Shown piece by piece: positions 58,280 to 64,000 of a DNA stretch of 64,000 nt. The stretch is taken from positions 5,980 to 69,979 of the forward strand of contig DYNY01000002.1 of the NCBI GenBank assembly GCA_020720815.1, written 5' to 3'. The position numbers were made by a program, and so were the translations under genes. Numbering within the stretch: position 1 is the stretch's first letter; each line of letters starts with the position of its first letter. The notes under the pieces were generated by a model, which saw only the letters and a list, made by a program, of their open reading frames with translations, made no database searches and was not told the origin of the DNA. The DNA comes from Candidatus Elulimicrobium sp. (GTDB taxonomy: Bacteria > Patescibacteriota > Minisyncoccia > Phycocordibacterales > UBA918).

Positions 58280-58717
58280 ATGAATGAAATTGAATCTAGT
58301 GTTAAAGTGGGTGAATTTGTACCAAAATGGAATGATGGTAATTTAGAAATTCCACTAGAAAATTTACTTAGTGAGCAGCAGTTATTAATGCGGCTGATGG
58401 TGCCAGGAAAAATTAGATCACTTGTGTCAGAGAGCGATGGCGAACAGGTCGGGATTGAAGATGCCTTATTTGAAAAATGGTACGTCAAATATTCCAAACT
58501 TTTTAGAGAGTATTGCAATGACCTCGACCAAAATGACGAGTATGAAAAGGGGCTTATCCCAAGAATTGTGACGGGAAGACTAACCTCTGTAGATTACTCA
58601 ATAATTCAGGAATATTTGGAAAACCCAGCTAACCTAAACGGAGCGGAAGGAATTGGCGGAAAATTTTTTAAAGACGAAGAAGAGGTACAGGAATTCATCA
58701 AGCAATACGTCAACTAA
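58280..58717 (+). CDS. Hypothetical acidic protein
   Basis: 145 aa ORF with an upstream -10 box. Confidence 0.65.
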   Translation: MNEIESSVKVGEFVPKWNDGNLEIPLENLLSEQQLLMRLMVPGKIRSLVSESDGEQVGIEDALFEKWYVKYSKLFREYCNDLDQNDEYEKGLIPRIVTGRLTSVDYSIIQEYLENPANLNGAEGIGGKFFKDEEEVQEFIKQYVN

Positions 58718-58790
58718 GGTAGGGAAAGGAGCTAAACCCGTCCATGAACGAAGTTTATGGTCGGGTTTAGGAGTTCCATGGTAAAATACC

Positions 58791-59423
58791 ATGACTATGA
58801 AAAAGCAGGTGTTTTATGTTCATGGCGGCGATTCCTTTACCAAGCCGGAGGATTTTTTGCAGTACATACAAACTAAGACTATTCGTGACTTACCTGGTAG
58901 TATTAAAGAAAAGTCTTGGAAGAAGGCACTACCATTAGACTTGGGTGAAGAATATGAGGTTTTCATGCCTGAGATGCCTAATCGACATAATGCTCATTAT
59001 GCAGAATGGAAGATTTGGTTTGAGCGACATTTCGAATACTTACGGGATGGGGTAATTTTAGTTGGGTGTTCACTGGGCGCGATGTTTCTGGCTAAATATC
59101 TGGCTGAAAATAAACCACCCTTCAAAATTGCTAAGTTATACCTTTTGGCTGGTCCAGGCGGAGATTGGCCACTTCAGCTTGATGGTAACGACTGCCTGAG
59201 CTTTAAGGTCTCGGCCGAAGCGGCTAGTCATATTGCCAAAATGGCTGAAAATATAGAGATCTGGCACTCAGAGGATGATTTTCTTGTACCCTATACGGAA
59301 GCGTATTGGTACCAAAAACACGTGCAAGGTGCAAAACTAAGGCTATTTAAGGACAAAAACCACTTCTTGTTACCGGAATTACCCGAATTAATCGCCGATA
59401 TTAAGCAATTTAGCCAAAACTAG
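58791..59423 (+). CDS. RBBP9/YdeN-like alpha/beta hydrolase
   Basis: VHGG, GCSLG nucleophile elbow, HSEDD..VP, NHF. Confidence 0.85.
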   Translation: MTMKKQVFYVHGGDSFTKPEDFLQYIQTKTIRDLPGSIKEKSWKKALPLDLGEEYEVFMPEMPNRHNAHYAEWKIWFERHFEYLRDGVILVGCSLGAMFLAKYLAENKPPFKIAKLYLLAGPGGDWPLQLDGNDCLSFKVSAEAASHIAKMAENIEIWHSEDDFLVPYTEAYWYQKHVQGAKLRLFKDKNHFLLPELPELIADIKQFSQN

Positions 59424-59482
59424 CCAAAAAAGGTTGGTAAGAATTCGTCTTGGGGCGCGTCTACGTATATAATGGTTTCCAC

Positions 59483-60076
59483 ATGCGGGGTCAAAAACAG
59501 ACAACAGATGCTATGGAAAGCCAAGAAGATCGTTTTTTGAAAGCTTTCGAAGACTACAGTGACGCGCTCTTTCGTCATGCCTCTATCCGAGTCAGTGACC
59601 GAGAGCGAGCGATTGATATCGTGCATGATACTTTTACTAAAGTATGGTCTTATGCCCGAGCTGGTCACCAGATCGACTCCTACCGCTCATTTTTATATAA
59701 AGTACTCAATAATTTAATTATTGATGAGTATCGCAAGCGGAAGGAAGTATCGCTCGATGCACTGTTGTCGGTGGAGGGGGTAGATGAGGGGTCTTTCCCA
59801 GAACTCTCCGAGAATACCGTCGAGGCTTTGGCCGCGACTATCGACGGACGGAAAGCATTTGAGCTATTGGCGGAGCTACCCGATGTTTACCGGGAGGTTA
59901 TCATCATGCGTTTTGTCGACGAGCTCGGGCCACGAGAAATCAGTGATCTGATCGAGGAATCAGAAAACGTCGTTTCGGTCAGGCTTCACCGCGGACTAAA
60001 ACTCCTCCGGGATAAAATAGAAGCCACTATCTTCAGTAAAGAAGAAAACCGTTTGACCAAACAAAAACATACATGA
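59483..60076 (+). CDS. ECF sigma-70 factor
   Basis: DIVHDTF.KVW, FLYKV.NN..ID..RK; region 4 EIS......NVVSVRLHRG. Confidence 0.92.
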   Translation: MRGQKQTTDAMESQEDRFLKAFEDYSDALFRHASIRVSDRERAIDIVHDTFTKVWSYARAGHQIDSYRSFLYKVLNNLIIDEYRKRKEVSLDALLSVEGVDEGSFPELSENTVEALAATIDGRKAFELLAELPDVYREVIIMRFVDELGPREISDLIEESENVVSVRLHRGLKLLRDKIEATIFSKEENRLTKQKHT

Positions 60077-61494
60077 AACGCTTCAGCGAACAACTACAAA
60101 AAAAAGCTCTAGATATCCGCCTCAAAGCGGCTGAAAAACGCGAACTACGTGAGCGGGTTGTTTCGTATATGGAATATCATCCAATGTTGGTCAAGGTTCA
60201 GGCTAAGGTAAGGGTCGACAAAAATTTAAATAATGAGCTTGGAGAAGTGACGATTTTGCCAGTTAACTGGTGGAGAGCATTTCAGGTGGCGGGTGCCGTT
60301 TTCGGGGCTTTGGTTTTGAGTATTTCTTATTTTGCTGAACAGGCTGTGCCGGGTGATTCACTTTATGCGGTTAAGGTTAAAGTTAATGAAGAGTTGCGTA
60401 GCACTCTTACCCTTAGCCCTTATGAAAAAGTTGTTTGGGAGACAGAGCGCTTGAATCGACGTATAGCTGAAGCCCGGCTTTTGGCCAGTGAGGGCCGACT
60501 GACTGAGGCGGTAGAAGTAGAGGTAGCTAATGCGGTGCGCGAACACAGTGAAAACGCTAGGCGTGAGATTGAAGTGTTGAAACAAACCGACAAAGAAGAA
60601 GCTACCCTTGCCTCAATTCAATTAACCACAGCGCTTGATGTACAGACCACATCATTACGAAACGATGTAAACGCAAGTACGACCGAAGGGATGTCTACAG
60701 ACCTTATATCTAGTGTTTTGGTGGAAACCCAGCAAAATGAAGTAGCTGCTGGACAAAGTGAACTACCTTCTTATTCACGATTGATGGCTAAGGGAGAACA
60801 AGAGACCACTCGTGCTTTTGAGCTTTTGCAAAGTGTACATAAAGTAGCCACTGAAGAAGAAAAAATTGATATTAAACGTCGACTGGAGGATATAGAACGT
60901 TCGATGGCTGAGGCTATTAACGAAGCGACGGCAGACGATATATTGGCCAGGGAACACTTAATTGAGATTCTGCAACGTACCCAAAAGTTGATTGTTTTCA
61001 TGACTAATATTGACGTGCGTAATTCAGTTACAGTTGAAGAGATTGTGCCGATTACATTGACGACAGAAGAACGTCAAGCGATAGCCAAGAAGACAGCCGA
61101 AGAGATTATTGCGCTACTAGACCGAGCGGATGTGGTTTTATCCGCTACTAGTTCCTATGCAGAACTCAGTGATAAGCTTGCGCCGGCCTCAACCAGAGCC
61201 AGAGCCGATGCCGATAAGGTCTTAGTCGAAATTCTCGTTGCTGATACTGATTTGTCTGCTTTAGAGGCAATAATACAAAATGCTAAGGCAATTACTGATG
61301 ACATCGCTGGCCTACTTAATTTAGCTAATAATGTGACAGAAGAGACGGTACTAGAGCCAGAAGTTATTACGCCGGAAATAGACTTAGAGTTGGCTACTAC
61401 CTCAGCTAGTTCGAGTGAAGAGGTGGCTACCAGTTCAGATGAAGTACGGGAAGAGGTGGAGGTAGAAGAATCAGTCAGCGTTGAGGCTATTTGA
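60073..61494 (+). CDS. Putative anti-sigma/DUF5667-like membrane protein
   Basis: ATGA overlap with the sigma gene; one TM followed by AVPGDSLYAVK..NE; acidic tail. Confidence 0.7.
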   Translation: MKRFSEQLQKKALDIRLKAAEKRELRERVVSYMEYHPMLVKVQAKVRVDKNLNNELGEVTILPVNWWRAFQVAGAVFGALVLSISYFAEQAVPGDSLYAVKVKVNEELRSTLTLSPYEKVVWETERLNRRIAEARLLASEGRLTEAVEVEVANAVREHSENARREIEVLKQTDKEEATLASIQLTTALDVQTTSLRNDVNASTTEGMSTDLISSVLVETQQNEVAAGQSELPSYSRLMAKGEQETTRAFELLQSVHKVATEEEKIDIKRRLEDIERSMAEAINEATADDILAREHLIEILQRTQKLIVFMTNIDVRNSVTVEEIVPITLTTEERQAIAKKTAEEIIALLDRADVVLSATSSYAELSDKLAPASTRARADADKVLVEILVADTDLSALEAIIQNAKAITDDIAGLLNLANNVTEETVLEPEVITPEIDLELATTSASSSEEVATSSDEVREEVEVEESVSVEAI

Positions 61495-61525
61495 CAATAA
61501 TAACTAGCTTAGTATGTTTATAGAC

Positions 61526-61633
61526 ATGAAAGCAAAGGCACTAGCCATCAGGAAAAATCAGAACATAAGTCCAGTTATTGGTTATATTTTCTTCTGGTTT
61601 TTTAGTTTTACCTGGTGGTCGGTTAGTGTCTAA
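61526..61633 (+). CDS. 35-aa Phe/Trp-rich peptide
   Basis: Manual translation MKAKALAIRKNQNISPVIGYIFFWFFSFTWWSVSV; TTGACA at 61491 upstream; 26-bp hairpin 5 nt after the stop. Confidence 0.4.
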   Translation: MKAKALAIRKNQNISPVIGYIFFWFFSFTWWSVSV

Positions 61634-61638
61634 AGAAG

Positions 61639-61694
61639 TAATCTCCTAAAACACAAAACCGGCCTTAGGGCCGGTTTTGTGTTTTAGGAGATTA
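61639..61694. terminator. 26-bp perfect hairpin
   Basis: taatctcctaaaacacaaaaccggcc-ttag-ggccggttttgtgttttaggagatta. Confidence 0.75.
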
Positions 61695-61878
61695 GAGGTT
61701 TGAGATACGGAGAATGTTGTCCGCGGAAGAATTTCAAAGCCTTGAAATTCTTCCGCGAAGCGCAGGCAAATACCAAAAGTAATTGCTTAATTCGCACCAT
61801 ATAAAGTAGGGCCAGAATAGTTTCTGGACAGCCTGCGCTAATGATCTTTTACAATCTGACTAACAAGGAGAAAAGAAA

Positions 61879-62823
61879 ATGCTCAAAAACCAAGTAGCGA
61901 TTGGTGTTGATGGCTTTATCACCTACTCGATAGAAAATGGATGGAAGGGGAAAGATTGGTTTGTCGAGCCGATAAAAGTAAACGACTCTGGGGTAATCAA
62001 TCCCGGCTACGCCGTAGATCAGGTTCGGCTCTGTACCGAATTTTCCGAGAAGAAGCAAATACTGCTTCAACACCTGGTGGACTTGCATGAAGCAGCTGAA
62101 GCCGTGGATTGGGGCACGGTTCGGTTTGCTGCGGAGCGACCGGAAGATACCACGAGGGTACTCCGACCGTCGGTTTGGCACAGTCCTGTCTACCGAGCTG
62201 TCACCAAACAGTTGTTTGCGCCAGAAGAAAGAGGTGAGTTGGCTTACGAAATTGAAGGCTTGGCTGATACTGGTTCTAGCGTGATTGATTTTGATGTCAC
62301 GCATCTCTCTCGGGATGAAAGACTCCTGCGGTGGAACCTGCTGAATGCCCTGGCTCCACTGGCGATGGCTTCGGCTCACCGTCAGTTTTGTCTCGGGAAG
62401 CCAGGTTGTCATAAGAGCTGGCGCTACTGTGCGTAGAGAGCAAGACTCCCCCTGGGTTGGCGGTGACAAGCAGATTGGTCGGCTTACCAAAGTCAGGTCG
62501 AGGTGCTGACTGCCACCTTTGCTGGCCAAGAAAATCGTAGCCGGCAACGCGACGCTTTGGGCAGCGGGCTCTTCTATTGGGCACAGCTGTTGAGTGTGGG
62601 TGGCCGGGAAGTTCTGCGGTTTTGGGTTTTGCCTACGATGGCGCCACAACAAATACTGGTTTGCTTAGAGACAGTCGATGCTTGGCTTGAAGATGCTGTG
62701 TTGGCTATGCAGGGTCTTAAACCCTCGAGTTTGGCAGAAGCGAGTAGTTTTCTTCCGCCCTACCAGGGTCGGCGTATTCCCCACGAACAGTCAGTGAGAT
62801 TGTATTTGTGGGAGTCGCAGTGA
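61879..62823 (+). pseudogene. Interrupted hypothetical gene (two same-frame ORFs)
   Basis: AAGGAG SD at the start; 61879-62436 and 62503-62823 share a frame and are separated by TAG and TGA; a single terminator at 62825-62853. Confidence 0.4.
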
Positions 62824-62913
62824 AACAGGGAAAGGGCAAAGCCCTTTCCCTGTACTCACCTTGTTAGTCCTATTACTGAGTTTGGAAATATTCTTAGTTC
62901 AGTAGTAGCAAAT

Positions 62914-64000
62914 TTAATTACTTAATTCAGTCGCTAAAATATTAATTAGAAAAGGGGAAAGCGTTTCATTGAATATTTTTGCTCGGAAGGGAAGGTTACC
63001 AGAGATGTTTTTTGCTAATGAGAAGCCAGTTTCTTCTAGAATTGTGCGTTCAATATGAGAGAGGGTAATCGCTCTAAGACTGCCTAGTCCATCAGCCTCA
63101 TCATCGCCCCTGGTAACAATGATACCAATCGCCTTACCTTTATTATTGATAACTGGTCCGCCAGAAGAACCTTCAGCTCCGACCGCACTACCACCAATAG
63201 AAATCACATCAGCGTAATTTGAACCAAAGGTATAGAGCTCTGTGATGTGGGTCTTTGCTTTCTTCGGGATGAGGGGAGTGCTGGCGCCGTTGGCGATGAG
63301 GTCAGTGGCCGGGTAGCCAGCCGCTTCGACGGCGTCACCCTTAATCGTGTGTGCAAGTAATTCGGTATCTACCGCTAAGGCTGGGAAACGGGCTGGTAGG
63401 GGCTCTTCATTTAAGGCTTCCGAAACATAGAGTAGGGCGTAATCACGTTCACCGGTTCCGGTTGGTATGGTGGCATCAATGACCGTGGCATTTTTTTGGA
63501 TCCAGGCTGGTGGTAGATAGAGAAGTTCCACTCGATATTTTGCTACGGCCGGGTTGCCTTGGCGAATTACACAGTCAGCTTCCCCGAGAAGATCAGTGCT
63601 TTCCAATAGTAGGTACTGCGCCACGTGCGCGTTAGTCATAATGACGCCATCGCTATGAACAAAAAAACCGGTTCCGGTAGTTGTCCGGATCGTGTCTTTA
63701 GTGATGAAGGTGCAATAAATATTAACCAAAGCATCAAGTGGGTCTTCTACGTAAGTACTGGGTACAGTTGAATCGATGACGGATGCTTGTTGATATTCAG
63801 TACTACGAAGCAAAATATCAGGGATGATACCAGCAGAACTAAATAGAGAGGGTAGGGAAGGTAAGTGAGCCACATTGACTGTTTCTTCGACAGTCTCCGG
63901 GGTATTGGTATTGATGTCTAAAATAGCTAATACTTGATTGGCTAGTTGATTAGTGAGGGCGATGTATATGGTAAGTCCAGTGACTAGAATATCGGTGATA
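62914..64000 (-). CDS. Trypsin-like serine protease (5' end outside the window)
   Basis: TNAHV, DYALL and GSSGGP triad; frame is open to the window edge. Confidence 0.9.
   Translation of the reverse strand, partial: ITDILVTGLTIYIALTNQLANQVLAILDINTNTPETVEETVNVAHLPSLPSLFSSAGIIPDILLRSTEYQQASVIDSTVPSTYVEDPLDALVNIYCTFITKDTIRTTTGTGFFVHSDGVIMTNAHVAQYLLLESTDLLGEADCVIRQGNPAVAKYRVELLYLPPAWIQKNATVIDATIPTGTGERDYALLYVSEALNEEPLPARFPALAVDTELLAHTIKGDAVEAAGYPATDLIANGASTPLIPKKAKTHITELYTFGSNYADVISIGGSAVGAEGSSGGPVINNKGKAIGIIVTRGDDEADGLGSLRAITLSHIERTILEETGFSLAKNISGNLPFRAKIFNETLSPFLINILATELSN

Noticed and set aside
61849..62652. 267-aa minus-strand ORF
   Set aside because: Antisense shadow of the SD-led plus-strand gene, with unnatural composition

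Overview
Origin-proximal chromosomal window of a small-genome bacterium, most likely Patescibacteria/CPR (Parcubacteria-like). This is inferred from gene content, the lack of Shine-Dalgarno sites on core genes, and the chromosomal VirB4/PrgI/VirB6/pilin locus. The genetic code is 11 (TGA used as stop). The left part holds holA-polA, tsaE, pilB, ruvB-yebC-ruvC, tyrS, a class A PBP and the dciA?-dnaN-dnaA / rpmH-rnpA-yidC origin block with DnaA boxes. Next come a 12 kb T4SS-like membrane locus, rsmA, pcrA, a LysM/M23 peptidase, comM, a DksA-like gene, pnp-NYN-rpsO, a Xer-like recombinase, two M14 peptidases and a membrane-anchored Clp ATPase. From about 46 kb onward the region is accessory and hairpin-rich, with xth, cca, three tRNAs (Arg-UCG, Gly-GCC, Pro-UGG), yraN, a kinase, corA and an ECF sigma/anti-sigma pair. 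The most notable unexplained signals are: (1) eight parS-like palindromes, four written in-frame inside yraN; (2) a promoter-driven ~200-nt rod-shaped RNA upstream of ruvB (6S-like); (3) tRNA-attached mini-elements with an antisense copy and a duplicated 3' end; (4) about 20 genes with a -10 box 6-9 nt before the start codon and no SD (apparent leaderless expression); (5) a Clp ATPase with TM helices and a dead first ring. All calls are by eye; no database searches were run.
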